From contig OY969585.1 in assembly GCA_963701295.1 (NCBI GenBank), forward strand, positions 3,040,001 through 3,104,000: DNA of 64,000 nt. Direction: 5' to 3'. Within the stretch, counting starts at the first letter, position 1. Each line of letters starts with the position of its first letter. This stretch comes from Ignavibacteriota bacterium (GTDB lineage: Bacteria > Bacteroidota > Ignavibacteria > UBA10030). This document shows positions 50,170 to 60,674 of this stretch, in pieces. The notes under the pieces are model-generated. The model made no database searches, was not told the DNA's origin, and saw only the letters and a program-made list of their open reading frames with translations. The translations under genes and the position numbers were made by a program.

Positions 50170-53100
50170 TTATTTGATAAGCATCATTTGCTTTGATTGT
50201 GTAAATGTGTTAGCAATTATTCTGTAGAAATAGATACCGCTGGATAACGAAGCTGCATTGAACTCCACCGAATAATACCCTGCTTGCTTCGTTTCATGTA
50301 CCAACGTTGTTACTACCCGCCCGAGAATATCATATACCTGCAAAGTAACATAGCTCATCTGAGGCAGCTGATACTTGATCATCGTTGAGGGGTTAAATGG
50401 GTTCGGATAATTCTGACACAGAATATACTCATAAGGAATTGGGCTTGTCTTTTGAACACTCGTTGTCCATCGAACATCTGTTCCGCCGAGAACAAGTTCA
50501 GTTATTCCTCCAGATGGGTTAATGGTATTCACGCCACTCGGCCATATACCATCAGCATCCGTTGCAAATACAACAAGAGAACCAGTTGCAAGAGATCGAC
50601 GTTCTACACGCCTGACACCATTGGGTAATATATTGGGCAGAATAACACCGAATGAGCCGTCAATGCCATTCACATGAGTCGCATAGAATGCTGCATAATT
50701 GTTATCAATACTATTGTCGGTTCCATCGCTTTCGACAAACGACCCTGAAATCGGCCGGCCTGTTCCTGCCATGTTATCATAGATGAAGACAAAGTCTTTT
50801 GGGTTTGCTGCACTGGTGCAGCGAAGGCCAGTACCGGTACTATCAGCAACCAACGGATCCAGTTTTACGACTCGCACAGAATCGTGCATCGTCAAATGTT
50901 TAACCACGGCGGTACCAGACATACCATCATTCAGCCATATACGCATAAAAACATATTTCCCGGGGACAAACCGGTCATTTCCTGTCGGCTCGGTGATGAA
51001 CCAACCTTCATATGCTCCCGATGAATCTGTTTTCAAAATTCCATATGATCCTGTTGTATCGAAACTCGGTTTCGATGTTCGAATAAAGTCGCCTGTTGCT
51101 GAAGCGAATATACAATTGCCTGCACCGTCTGCAGAATCTGGATCTGTTGAAATTGCGATTTGATTGACGAAGTAATAAGTAGTATTCGTCAACAACCCTG
51201 TAAGTCGCGCTCGATACGCAAATGGAATTCGATCAGAATTCTTTTCCCAGTTAATTCCTTCTATATATTGTGGCAGGATAACTGATGTTACCTCAGCACC
51301 CTTGAGAGTCATTGCATTCGCTGTAGGTATTGTATCTGTTTTGTAATTACATGTATTGATATTGAATCCATCCCAAGCATACGGAAAGATTGAATAATGA
51401 TACGAAGTAAGGGCGGTAAGACCGGTCATGCTCACAGATGTCGTTGTACCCGACGGTACCAAAGCTGCAACTTTTCCATCGCCAAGAGAATCACCTACAG
51501 CATAGCTGGTAATATCTTTTGGAACGGCAGTAGGATCAAAGCCAATCCGTTGAAGTATAATGTATCCAGATGCTCCTGTTGCAGCATCCCAAGATAGATT
51601 GATTTGATTCGCCGAGACAGCTTTTGCAGAAAATGAATCCGCAGATGTAGAAGGTTCAATAGATAGAGTATAAAATGTTGCATCCGGTGAATACCCCGTC
51701 CCAATTCCATTTATTGCATAACCGCGGAAGTGAATAAACGTTCCAGATGGTAGGCTGCCTATCAGGACACTAAAAATTTGATTTGTATCTAAAGCGATGA
51801 GTTTGTGATCAGCCGTTGTCGGATTAGCAGATGTTGACCAGACGACACCTCGCTCAGCGATTGGGTCATTTCCATTTGAGATAATCTTTGAACCGAGGAC
51901 TGCTGTTGTTGATGTAATATTCGTAACAGTAGGTAAGATCAACGTTGGTGAAGAAGTATTCAGTGTAAAAGACGCTGTGATGGTCCTATTTTCGTTCATT
52001 ATTACTGTTAAAATTATATCTGTTTCATGTCCTGTAGGAACATCTCCTGCCCACGCCACGAAATGGTACGCGCTATCGGGATTCGCTGTGAGTTGAACAG
52101 TTGAGCCATATTGATAACTCTGTTGGTCTGGCACCTTTGTGATTGTTCCGTGCGAGGAATTCACCGTCAATGAATAGACTGAAGAGAGCATCGCATTAAT
52201 AAATGTTCCGTTTAGTGAAGCATTTGTAAATGTGAGCTTTGTTTGATTGTCGAGCGAAGCCATTGCGGAACCGGCAGCGCCGGAACTAAGATCCGCTGCA
52301 ACATAAAAATACCCTCCTGATGTTGCAATTGGCTGAGGAGTAGAAGAGATATCGAACGTAACCTGTGAGGATGGTGAAGCGACTGTTGACAGTAAAGTCG
52401 ACGAACCGACGCTAAACGATGCAGCAGTAGAATAATAAAGCTTAAGATTTGTGAGACCGCTGTATGTTCCAGACAATGTAACGACAACCTGAGTGAGCTT
52501 GCCACCAGTGATGTTTCCTGCAAGCTTGAATCTTCCAATTGGATTGTCATTTGTATTGGGAATGCCAATTGGTGGAGCATAGGATGTTCCATTCGTAAAT
52601 GAGATGAATGGAATCGGTGCAAATGCAACGCCATGCAAGAGAGTATTTGCAGCACCTGTTATCAGCGTTGTAAATGACGAACTAGATCCCGCATCGGTAA
52701 CTGTAACTAATTTATTATCTGTCGTGGTGGCATAGATAATTGCATTGGAGCCCGTCCAATCTACAACCAGCCCAGTTGCGCCTGTAGTTGAACTGGGTGC
52801 TAACAAATAAGTAAGTGACCAACTTGAACCGCTATATGTCCATTTTTGCACGCCTCCATTTCCATCTGTTCTATCATCAGCAACATAGATCGTATTGCCA
52901 TTTATTGAAAATCCAAAGGGGCTTGAAGTGGACGTCGGAAAACCGTTTAATAAAGTAATAGTTTGACCTGAAGTGGTTGGCACACCCGATCCTACCGATG
53001 ATATTCCGAAACATGAGCTTTTATTACTAGAAACATACAGTTGACTATTAAAAATATTTATTACGCGAGTATTCGTAACCGTTGTTGATAATTGCGTGGA

Positions 53101-53622
53101 ACTTATTGCTCCAAGCGTGGCATAACGTACACCGCCAGCAGCACCAGAGACCCAAAACGCTGTTCCATCATTTGTAACGGCACCGCGAATATTATTTGCA
53201 GAAGATGCATCTGTCAATTGCGTTGTTATATCTATTGAGGCGCTAGCATCAATTCTTGCGACAACTCGATTATATGCTGCAGATGTTGAGCTAGCGATCC
53301 CTGAAATCCCAGGAATAGCACCATATCCTGCGATAGTAAGATAGCGTCCATCAACAGAGCCAACGATCGATCCTTCACTCGATGCTGTTCCCGAAAGTGT
53401 CAAGGGTGCATTGCTTCCCGAAGATGAAGTTGGCATCGCGATAGATTGCACAAAAGAGCCGCCGGTTGTATATTCATCGAGAAAAACAGCTGTTGAAGCA
53501 CTGGTGAGCGAGTCACCAACACCTACCCGGACCACAACTATATTCCCCGCAGTAAATGATTGTGCAGCAACAGTGAGACAACCAAAAACGATGAGAGAGA
53601 ATACCCATAGTATTTTTTTCAT
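50170..53622 (-). CDS. Large Ser/Thr-rich T9SS-secreted surface protein (propeller-like N-terminus, InlB-B-like and Fn3-like modules)
   Basis: Signal peptide; FTAGNIVVVRVG...VFLDEY N-terminal domain; YQYGSTVQLTANP...F.AW.GD; ERGVVWSTSANP; CTD QNYPNPFNP. Confidence 0.75.
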   Translation of the reverse strand: MKKILWVFSLIVFGCLTVAAQSFTAGNIVVVRVGVGDSLTSASTAVFLDEYTTGGSFVQSIAMPTSSSGSNAPLTLSGTASSEGSIVGSVDGRYLTIAGYGAIPGISGIASSTSAAYNRVVARIDASASIDITTQLTDASSANNIRGAVTNDGTAFWVSGAAGGVRYATLGAISSTQLSTTVTNTRVINIFNSQLYVSSNKSSCFGISSVGSGVPTTSGQTITLLNGFPTSTSSPFGFSINGNTIYVADDRTDGNGGVQKWTYSGSSWSLTYLLAPSSTTGATGLVVDWTGSNAIIYATTTDNKLVTVTDAGSSSSFTTLITGAANTLLHGVAFAPIPFISFTNGTSYAPPIGIPNTNDNPIGRFKLAGNITGGKLTQVVVTLSGTYSGLTNLKLYYSTAASFSVGSSTLLSTVASPSSQVTFDISSTPQPIATSGGYFYVAADLSSGAAGSAMASLDNQTKLTFTNASLNGTFINAMLSSVYSLTVNSSHGTITKVPDQQSYQYGSTVQLTANPDSAYHFVAWAGDVPTGHETDIILTVIMNENRTITASFTLNTSSPTLILPTVTNITSTTAVLGSKIISNGNDPIAERGVVWSTSANPTTADHKLIALDTNQIFSVLIGSLPSGTFIHFRGYAINGIGTGYSPDATFYTLSIEPSTSADSFSAKAVSANQINLSWDAATGASGYIILQRIGFDPTAVPKDITSYAVGDSLGDGKVAALVPSGTTTSVSMTGLTALTSYHYSIFPYAWDGFNINTCNYKTDTIPTANAMTLKGAEVTSVILPQYIEGINWEKNSDRIPFAYRARLTGLLTNTTYYFVNQIAISTDPDSADGAGNCIFASATGDFIRTSKPSFDTTGSYGILKTDSSGAYEGWFITEPTGNDRFVPGKYVFMRIWLNDGMSGTAVVKHLTMHDSVRVVKLDPLVADSTGTGLRCTSAANPKDFVFIYDNMAGTGRPISGSFVESDGTDNSIDNNYAAFYATHVNGIDGSFGVILPNILPNGVRRVERRSLATGSLVVFATDADGIWPSGVNTINPSGGITELVLGGTDVRWTTSVQKTSPIPYEYILCQNYPNPFNPSTMIKYQLPQMSYVTLQVYDILGRVVTTLVHETKQAGYYSVEFNAASLSSGIYFYRIIANTFTQSKQMMLIK
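52201..52602. repeat. ~400-bp exact direct repeat, copy 1
   Basis: Identical by eye to 54331-54732 (offset 2130). Flanking paralogous sequence has scattered mismatches. Confidence 0.9.
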
Positions 53623-53697
53623 AATTGTTTCCTTTAAAAAACACGAACACGTTTTACAGCAATCATTTAGAGAATATACAATTCAACGACTTTACTG

Positions 53698-55758
53698 TCA
53701 TTTAATCAACACCATTTCCTTCGTTTCTTTGAATCTTTCCACTTGCAAATTATAGAAATACACTCCGCTTGGCAGCAAGTGTGCATCGAAAGTCACCAGA
53801 TAGGATCCCGCTGTTTTTTGTTCATTCACTAATGTTGCTACTTTTCGACCCAGCATATCGTACACTTTCAAACTAACGTAACCGGTAACTGGTAACTGGT
53901 AACTTATTACCGTTGTCGGATTAAACGGATTAGGAAAATTTTGATTCAACGCAAACACTTTCGGTGTTTCTATCGTTACCTGAGCTTCTTGCAGATATTT
54001 GAATGATCCATCGTTATTCACTTGCTTCAAGCGGTACGCATATGTACCGGAAGAAATTGTATTATCACTAAATACATAATTGTGCGGACTGCTGCTGGTT
54101 CCGTTACCCTCCACAAATCCAACGCAACTCCATGCTATCTTCTCCCAATCAGATGAAGAGTTAGATGGATTCTGACTACTAACAACTCTTCTTTCCACCT
54201 CAAACCCATAATTATTTATCTCTGTTGCTGTGCTCCATTTGAGCATTGCGGTCGAGCCAGTTGTTACTGCTGTAAAGGTGGTCATTTCAACGGGTAGGGT
54301 TACATTTCCAGAAGAAAGATTCGCGCCGGAAAATGTTCCGTTTAGTGAAGCATTTGTAAATGTGAGCTTTGTTTGATTGTCGAGCGAAGCCATTGCGGAA
54401 CCGGCAGCGCCGGAACTAAGATCCGCTGCAACATAAAAATACCCTCCTGATGTTGCAATTGGCTGAGGAGTAGAAGAGATATCGAACGTAACCTGTGAGG
54501 ATGGTGAAGCGACTGTTGACAGTAAAGTCGACGAACCGACGCTAAACGATGCAGCAGTAGAATAATAAAGCTTAAGATTTGTGAGACCGCTGTATGTTCC
54601 AGACAATGTAACGACAACCTGAGTGAGCTTGCCACCAGTGATGTTTCCTGCAAGCTTGAATCTTCCAATTGGATTGTCATTTGTATTGGGAATGCCAATT
54701 GGTGGAGCATAGGATGTTCCATTCGTAAATGAAATGAATGGAATCGGTGCAAATGCAACACCATGTAAGAATTTTTTTGTAGCTTTTGGAACGAGCGTTG
54801 TAAATGGTGAACCAGAGCCCGCATCGGTAACTGTAACTAAATTAGTATCTGTCGTGGTAGCATATATGATTGGATTGGAGCCTGTCCAATCTACAACCAG
54901 CCCACTCGCACCTGTAGTATCACTGGGGGCTAGCAAATAGGCAAGAGACCAACTTGAATCACTATAGGACCATTTTTGAACCCCTCCATTTCCATCTTTT
55001 CTGTCATCAGCAACATAGATGGTATTACCGTTTATTGAAAATCCGTAGGGACTACCTGTATTCGGAAAACCGTTTAATAATGAAATAGTTTGACCTGAAG
55101 TGGTTGGCATACCAGATCCTACCGACAATATTCCAGTATCTGTTTTTGCACAAGAAACATATAATTGATTATTAAAAATATTTACTACACGAAAATTCGT
55201 AAGCGTTGTTGATAATTGTATGGAAGTTGTTGCTCCAAGCGGGGCGGCATAGCGTACACTACCAGCAGCACCAGAGACCCAAAATGCTGTTCCATCATTT
55301 GTAACGGCACCGCGAATATTATTTCCAGTAGACGCATCTGTCAATTTCGTTGTTATATCCATTGAGGCGTTAGCATCAATCCTTGCGACAACTCGATTGA
55401 CCGTCGCAGATGTTGTACTCGCAACCTTAGTTGTTCCAGGTCCAACACCATACCCGGCGATAGTAAGATAGCGTCCATCAACAGAACCCACAATTGATCC
55501 TTCGCTCGACGCCGATCCTGAAAGTGTCAAAGGTGCATTGCTTCCCGAAGATGAAGTTGGCATAGCGATAGATTGCACAAAAGAACCGCCGGTTGTATAT
55601 TCATCGAGAAAAACAGCTGTTGAACTACTGGTGAGCGAGTCACCAACACCCACCCGAACAACCACTATATTCCCTGCGGTAAATGGTGATTGAGCAGTGA
55701 GAGAGGAACAAATAGCAATGCTGAGATTAAATACCCATAATATTTTTTTCATAATCAT
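53698..55758 (-). CDS. T9SS-secreted paralog of the adjacent 1150-aa surface protein
   Basis: First ~475 aa are highly similar to 50170-53622, followed by an LPVEM..F..WSTATEINNYGFEVER Ig-like module and a QNFPNPFNP CTD. Confidence 0.8.
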   Translation of the reverse strand: MIMKKILWVFNLSIAICSSLTAQSPFTAGNIVVVRVGVGDSLTSSSTAVFLDEYTTGGSFVQSIAMPTSSSGSNAPLTLSGSASSEGSIVGSVDGRYLTIAGYGVGPGTTKVASTTSATVNRVVARIDANASMDITTKLTDASTGNNIRGAVTNDGTAFWVSGAAGSVRYAAPLGATTSIQLSTTLTNFRVVNIFNNQLYVSCAKTDTGILSVGSGMPTTSGQTISLLNGFPNTGSPYGFSINGNTIYVADDRKDGNGGVQKWSYSDSSWSLAYLLAPSDTTGASGLVVDWTGSNPIIYATTTDTNLVTVTDAGSGSPFTTLVPKATKKFLHGVAFAPIPFISFTNGTSYAPPIGIPNTNDNPIGRFKLAGNITGGKLTQVVVTLSGTYSGLTNLKLYYSTAASFSVGSSTLLSTVASPSSQVTFDISSTPQPIATSGGYFYVAADLSSGAAGSAMASLDNQTKLTFTNASLNGTFSGANLSSGNVTLPVEMTTFTAVTTGSTAMLKWSTATEINNYGFEVERRVVSSQNPSNSSSDWEKIAWSCVGFVEGNGTSSSPHNYVFSDNTISSGTYAYRLKQVNNDGSFKYLQEAQVTIETPKVFALNQNFPNPFNPTTVISYQLPVTGYVSLKVYDMLGRKVATLVNEQKTAGSYLVTFDAHLLPSGVYFYNLQVERFKETKEMVLIK
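54331..54732. repeat. ~400-bp exact direct repeat, copy 2
   Basis: Identical by eye to 52201-52602. Confidence 0.9.
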
Positions 55759-55820
55759 TTCCTTTTAAAAACATGAACAAATTTTATCATGATTGAATAT
55801 AGAATACAACTACTTTACAG

Positions 55821-58256
55821 CTATTTGACCAAAACAAGTTTCTTCGTTTCTGTGAACGATCCTGCCTGCAGACGATAAAAGTAAATACCGCTTGGTAATC
55901 CTGAGCCATTAAAGTTTATCGAATGCGATCCTGCTTTTTGTATCCCATCGACGAGCGTTCTTACCTCTCTTCCCAATATATCAAACACTTTCACACTGAG
56001 ATAACCGGTTACTGGTAACTGATAACTAATAACTGTTTCCGGATTAAATGGATTAGGATAATTTTGTAAGAGCGCAAATGTTGTGGGATGTTCTGATCTT
56101 GAAGTATCCACAGAAGTTATTGATGGATCAACAAATAATGTAATTTCATGAAGCGCACTACAGGTGTCTCCATACCAAATCCGTGCTTTGATATCAGTGG
56201 ATTCGTTGATAATGATTTCTGCTTCACTTCCACCATCAATAGCTGAACTCACCTTTCCACCGCCAATGCTTCTCGGGTCTTGATAATCAGTCGTGTAATA
56301 GATTGTTCCAGAGGCATTGGGATTTATCAACTTTAATTTATAGCCTGCTCCAATTGTTAGACTGCTTGCTTGAAGGACTGTATCAATATTTTGAAAAATA
56401 GGCGGATCAATATTGGGATACAGCTTTATTGCTTTATCCTTCAATTGATTTAAAACTATATTTCCGCGTTTGGGAAAGTAATTATTCATAATGTCATTAA
56501 TCGCTGGAAGCCAATCGTTATCTTTTGTGGCTGTAGGAATGAGGTAGGTATCACCCCAGCGAGCAGATTCACCAATAATTGCCATGTTAATTTCTTGTGC
56601 CCGCGAAAAGAAAAGCGGTTTTGTTTTTTCAGGAGTCAAAACTCCATGATTGAAAAAATGTTTATACACATGATCAGCAAAACGGATTCGGTATTCCGGA
56701 TTGTCTGATAATCGAAAGTGCAGCCATTGCGGATGAAATTGTGCAAAATTACTTACCGTCATTTTGAAGCCATCAGTTAAATTTCCTATGTTTACGCGAT
56801 TTTCGTTGAGGCCAATCCCCGGACCTTCTCCTGGTGTTGTTCTCAGAGTATGCTCTGCGTCATGGGCAAAGAACTTGAAGCCATCGGTTCCATTTCGATT
56901 ATAAATGGCATAAAAATTATTGGGATTCTTGTTGTTTCCAAATTTCGTTGTTGGGCTATCAAAATTTCCTGAGTAGAAAATATCGATCATGAAGTCGATC
57001 AGATTATCTATATCGACGAGGACTTTATAGCTTGTATCACGCATACCGCCCGGATTTAGTCCTTGCAGTTTGAAGTAATTCGTATTTGTCTGAAATCCAG
57101 AAACACAGAGATTCCATACATCATGCCACGAATCCGTAGTACCATCTGTCGCTTCAATTTGGTAATTGTCATCTATCTTTATCACATCGTAATCGTCTGA
57201 GCTTCCACCAAAATAGCTTGCAGCGTACTTCGCTTCGGAGCGTTCCTGAGTTTGAAACAATCCCCAATACACTCCATCAATATAAAGATGATAGAATCGA
57301 CTTCTTGTGTAAGGCTGCCCCATTTCTCTTTGCATGTCTCGACAAAACACATCACTGATCATTGTGTTGTATTGCCCAAGATGTCCGGGATAACTCCAGG
57401 CATAATTTTGTCCAGTGCGCAAATCCACTTTGTCGAATTTAGAAACTCCCTCTGATCCAAAAAGCGGATAATCTAACTTGCCTACTCCATACTCACTTCT
57501 GAAAAAGAACCGAAATGCATGCTTGGGATCATCTCCATGCCGGCTCCAGCCTCCTCGAATCCGAATACCTGCATTGATCTGAAAGCCATCTGTTCCATTT
57601 GGATTAAGTAATTCAATAGATGCAGGGCGTTCCCATGCATCACCATCTTCCAATGCATGGTTATAGATACCGCTATCCGCACCAAACAGATTTTTCAGAT
57701 CTGTCACTATAGAAATTGTCGGGATAGCTAAAAGTGCGCTGTCAATTTTGTCTTTATAGAGTGTGCTAGTAAGGACATTGAGATCCATACCGTAATGCAT
57801 GGATTGAACCGATGAAGAATCCAGCCAATCAGCACTGGGCTTGACACCGCTCGGAGATAAAGCTCCGACTTTATCGATGAATAAATATGTTTGAGTCATG
57901 CTTGCACTGAAAGAAGAATCAGGCTCAAGCGTGCATGCGCGAACAACGACAGCGGGTGCTGTTGGTCGATGACCGGTGGTATCTTCCGGATCAATAAGAA
58001 TTGTCACTGGTGAATTTTGACTTAATGCAGTAGCAGATGTTTGAGGTTCCGAACCATCAAGCGTGTACTTAATGATCGCATTTGAAATCTGGGAGCTCAC
58101 AACCACCTGAAACTTGGTTTGATAGAAGCCATGTTTCACGGAAAACTCGGGAACATCTGTTGAAGCAAGACCGGGCTTGGCGTTGAGAACGATTGAACAA
58201 CACCAAACAACCACAACAACTTTTATTAAAGAAACTATAATGCTTGTATTTTTCAT
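55821..58256 (-). CDS. CotH-family kinase + chitobiase/Fn3-associated domains + T9SS CTD
   Basis: FSVKHGFY...YTLDGSEP; WERPASIE, GIRIRGGWSR, LYIDGVYWGL, NNFYA, HDAE; CTD QNYPNPFNP. Confidence 0.8.
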   Translation of the reverse strand: MKNTSIIVSLIKVVVVVWCCSIVLNAKPGLASTDVPEFSVKHGFYQTKFQVVVSSQISNAIIKYTLDGSEPQTSATALSQNSPVTILIDPEDTTGHRPTAPAVVVRACTLEPDSSFSASMTQTYLFIDKVGALSPSGVKPSADWLDSSSVQSMHYGMDLNVLTSTLYKDKIDSALLAIPTISIVTDLKNLFGADSGIYNHALEDGDAWERPASIELLNPNGTDGFQINAGIRIRGGWSRHGDDPKHAFRFFFRSEYGVGKLDYPLFGSEGVSKFDKVDLRTGQNYAWSYPGHLGQYNTMISDVFCRDMQREMGQPYTRSRFYHLYIDGVYWGLFQTQERSEAKYAASYFGGSSDDYDVIKIDDNYQIEATDGTTDSWHDVWNLCVSGFQTNTNYFKLQGLNPGGMRDTSYKVLVDIDNLIDFMIDIFYSGNFDSPTTKFGNNKNPNNFYAIYNRNGTDGFKFFAHDAEHTLRTTPGEGPGIGLNENRVNIGNLTDGFKMTVSNFAQFHPQWLHFRLSDNPEYRIRFADHVYKHFFNHGVLTPEKTKPLFFSRAQEINMAIIGESARWGDTYLIPTATKDNDWLPAINDIMNNYFPKRGNIVLNQLKDKAIKLYPNIDPPIFQNIDTVLQASSLTIGAGYKLKLINPNASGTIYYTTDYQDPRSIGGGKVSSAIDGGSEAEIIINESTDIKARIWYGDTCSALHEITLFVDPSITSVDTSRSEHPTTFALLQNYPNPFNPETVISYQLPVTGYLSVKVFDILGREVRTLVDGIQKAGSHSINFNGSGLPSGIYFYRLQAGSFTETKKLVLVK

Positions 58257-58432
58257 TCACTTTATTTCTGCGGCCCAAATACAATACAACAGGTCTGGAT
58301 TTATATTAATATAAAATGTTTGCCGTTTCTCAACTGCTGCAAGCAGTGAAATTTCTTACCATCGAAAAACAACGATATGTTTATTCAAGAGTATACATTC
58401 AACCGTACACGATCAATAAAACTTTCTTGGGT

Positions 58433-60403
58433 TTATTTTACTAAACTCATCTTCTTCGTATCAACAAAATCATCTGTTTGCAATTTGTAGAAATAAATAC
58501 CACTTGATAATTTCGATGCATCAAACACAACTTGATAAGAACCAGCTGGTTTTTTCTCTCCCTGAAGAAGCACGGCGACTTCACGACCGAGGACATCGTA
58601 CACTCGCAGTGTAACGGTGCTTGATCGTGGTAATATATAGGAAATCATCGTCTGTGGATTGAATGGATTCGGATAATTTTGATTCAATCGATACTGATTG
58701 ACCACCGCAATAGTCTTATTGTTTTCTACTCCGGTGTTGGTACCCGGTTCAACAAGAATATATTGAACTGACCGTGGAGGTGATGTAAATTTTATATCTC
58801 CTGCGGTCGAATATGCAGAGGCAGGAATAGCAGTCAGTGTGTCAATCGGCCCGCCGATCTGATACTTCGATCCTACTCCATTGACATACACTACCTGTGA
58901 GAAATCACCATTATCCGTGCCGCCTGTCAACGAATACACATAATACCGATCACCATATCCAAATTGCTGTGCGAGTGTTAATTCTACCGTTTGTACTGTC
59001 GTCCCTTTATTCACCACGACGACACCGGCATGCCCTGATGCAAACCGAGATACGTACGCCATGACATTCGAGCTTCCTGTCACGGTCGAGTTGACCATTT
59101 GATCACCGAAAAATTTTTGGAAATAATACATATAAAAGAACGGTGGATGTGGATTCCACATGGGGGGATTACCCGGTTCACCCCCTTGATTGAACATCCC
59201 TTGATCATCACCACCAGAGTATCCATTGGCAAGATCCCATCGACTGGACATGCTGAAACCGTCTTTGGCCAATTCACCAAGCACAAGAGCAGCATGCATA
59301 CCATTGACAAATGAACACATCTGCTTGGATCCGACCGCAAAAATATTCCATTCAGTCAGTGCAATCGGTTTTAATTGCACTTTATTTTGAGTTGCAACCT
59401 GTTTAACAAAGTTATAGATGGAGCTTGAAACAGCCGTGGCCGAATTAAGAATAGTCGCAGCCGGTGTATTCTCACCGTAGTTTGTGAAATATGAGTGCAC
59501 AATAAAAAAGTCCGCAGCATCTCCTGCCTCTTTAAAGAAGCCGCTATCCCATGTCGATTCTGTCGATGTACCGGACGGCTGTTCATACAATACCGCGCCG
59601 ATATATATTGGGTTCCCATTTTCGGCGGCGGCGGCTCGCATAGAATCGGCGTACACCAAAAAGTGTTTGCCATAAAGATCGCCCGTCTGGATCACCGGTT
59701 GACCATCTTTATTCCGTTTCGGATCTATCATGTATCCAGCTTGCCAATTCCCAAAATCCTCATTGCCAATTTCCCAGAACTTTGTTTGCCCTCCATCGTA
59801 CCTTACCCAATTAGCTGCATAGTGAGCTGCAGCAGCTACTGGATCTGAAGATGTCCCGTAACGAGCATAACCATAGTTGATCGTTATGATGCCGGTGGCC
59901 CCGGTATAATTCAGCATGGTATAGTAATTATCAACGGAGAGAGTCCAAGTTTGTGAATTTAAATTTTGACCACCATACCAGTATGATGCGAGGGTGTTTT
60001 TTCCGCTGCTTCCATCTACGAGGGAATCAGGGGTATCAGAAGGCGGCTGAGATGCATCCCAAAAGAAAACACTACTGAGGTTGCCTCCCGGATATCGTAT
60101 AATATTTGGAGATAAAAGCGTGATATATGAGAGCAATGCCGGTTGGTGAATGACATCTGACATATATATATTTGCATTGTTGCCGTACAAATATTGTGAA
60201 ACTTTTGCGATTGTATCGTTTGCAAATATCGTAACCGTTACCGTGGGAGACGCCGATGTTTTTACTCCATCCTGATATACTGGAGTTGATATATATTTTG
60301 ATGCAAAATCATTAAGGAAACAATTTGCATTGGTTTGCCCAAACAAAGGTATACTACTCATGATAGCCGTTGCACAAACATTTATGACGTATCGAATTTT
60401 CAT
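58433..60403 (-). CDS. Clan GH-A glycoside hydrolase (GH44/GH51-like) + T9SS CTD
   Basis: LYGNNAN, IRYPGG, WEIGNE (acid/base), LTEWN (nucleophile); CTD QNYPNPFNP. Confidence 0.75.
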   Translation of the reverse strand: MKIRYVINVCATAIMSSIPLFGQTNANCFLNDFASKYISTPVYQDGVKTSASPTVTVTIFANDTIAKVSQYLYGNNANIYMSDVIHQPALLSYITLLSPNIIRYPGGNLSSVFFWDASQPPSDTPDSLVDGSSGKNTLASYWYGGQNLNSQTWTLSVDNYYTMLNYTGATGIITINYGYARYGTSSDPVAAAAHYAANWVRYDGGQTKFWEIGNEDFGNWQAGYMIDPKRNKDGQPVIQTGDLYGKHFLVYADSMRAAAAENGNPIYIGAVLYEQPSGTSTESTWDSGFFKEAGDAADFFIVHSYFTNYGENTPAATILNSATAVSSSIYNFVKQVATQNKVQLKPIALTEWNIFAVGSKQMCSFVNGMHAALVLGELAKDGFSMSSRWDLANGYSGGDDQGMFNQGGEPGNPPMWNPHPPFFYMYYFQKFFGDQMVNSTVTGSSNVMAYVSRFASGHAGVVVVNKGTTVQTVELTLAQQFGYGDRYYVYSLTGGTDNGDFSQVVYVNGVGSKYQIGGPIDTLTAIPASAYSTAGDIKFTSPPRSVQYILVEPGTNTGVENNKTIAVVNQYRLNQNYPNPFNPQTMISYILPRSSTVTLRVYDVLGREVAVLLQGEKKPAGSYQVVFDASKLSSGIYFYKLQTDDFVDTKKMSLVK

Positions 60404-60537
60404 ATCAAGATTCCTGTGAATAAAATTCAATGCTATTCTAATATTAAATTCGCATTGAGTCAATGCTGAGCGTCAACTGTGCTTCAATAATCTTATCTCT
60501 TGTTAAAATGTCTGAGGGAATGAACATGTGTACTATG

Positions 60538-60583
60538 GAAAAGAAAGAAAAAGGGTCGATTTCGAAAATTTCAAATCGACCCT
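60538..60583 (-). terminator. Rho-independent terminator after the IPT lipoprotein gene
   Basis: AGGGTCGATTT-N10-AAATCGACCCT hairpin followed by a T-rich tract on the minus strand. Confidence 0.75.
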
Positions 60584-60674
60584 CTCTGTCGCGGATTGTT
60601 CTATTGTCACATCGTCATTCCAATTGACAACACATTTCCTCTGATGTATTGGAATGACTGAAAATTATTCAAAC

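Noticed and set aside
53884-53904. GGTAACT x3 tandem repeat
   Set aside because: It encodes SYQLPVT in a T9SS CTD, and a similar sequence occurs in the CotH CTD. No sign of phase variation.
52201-54732. Repeat pair as a DGR template/variable region or CRISPR array
   Set aside because: The copies are identical with no adenine-specific mismatches, no reverse transcriptase or cas gene is present, and there is no repeat-spacer periodicity.
52212-54824. Two near-identical alternative-frame ORFs (52212-52655, 54342-54824)
   Set aside because: They are shadows of the duplicated block inside real genes.
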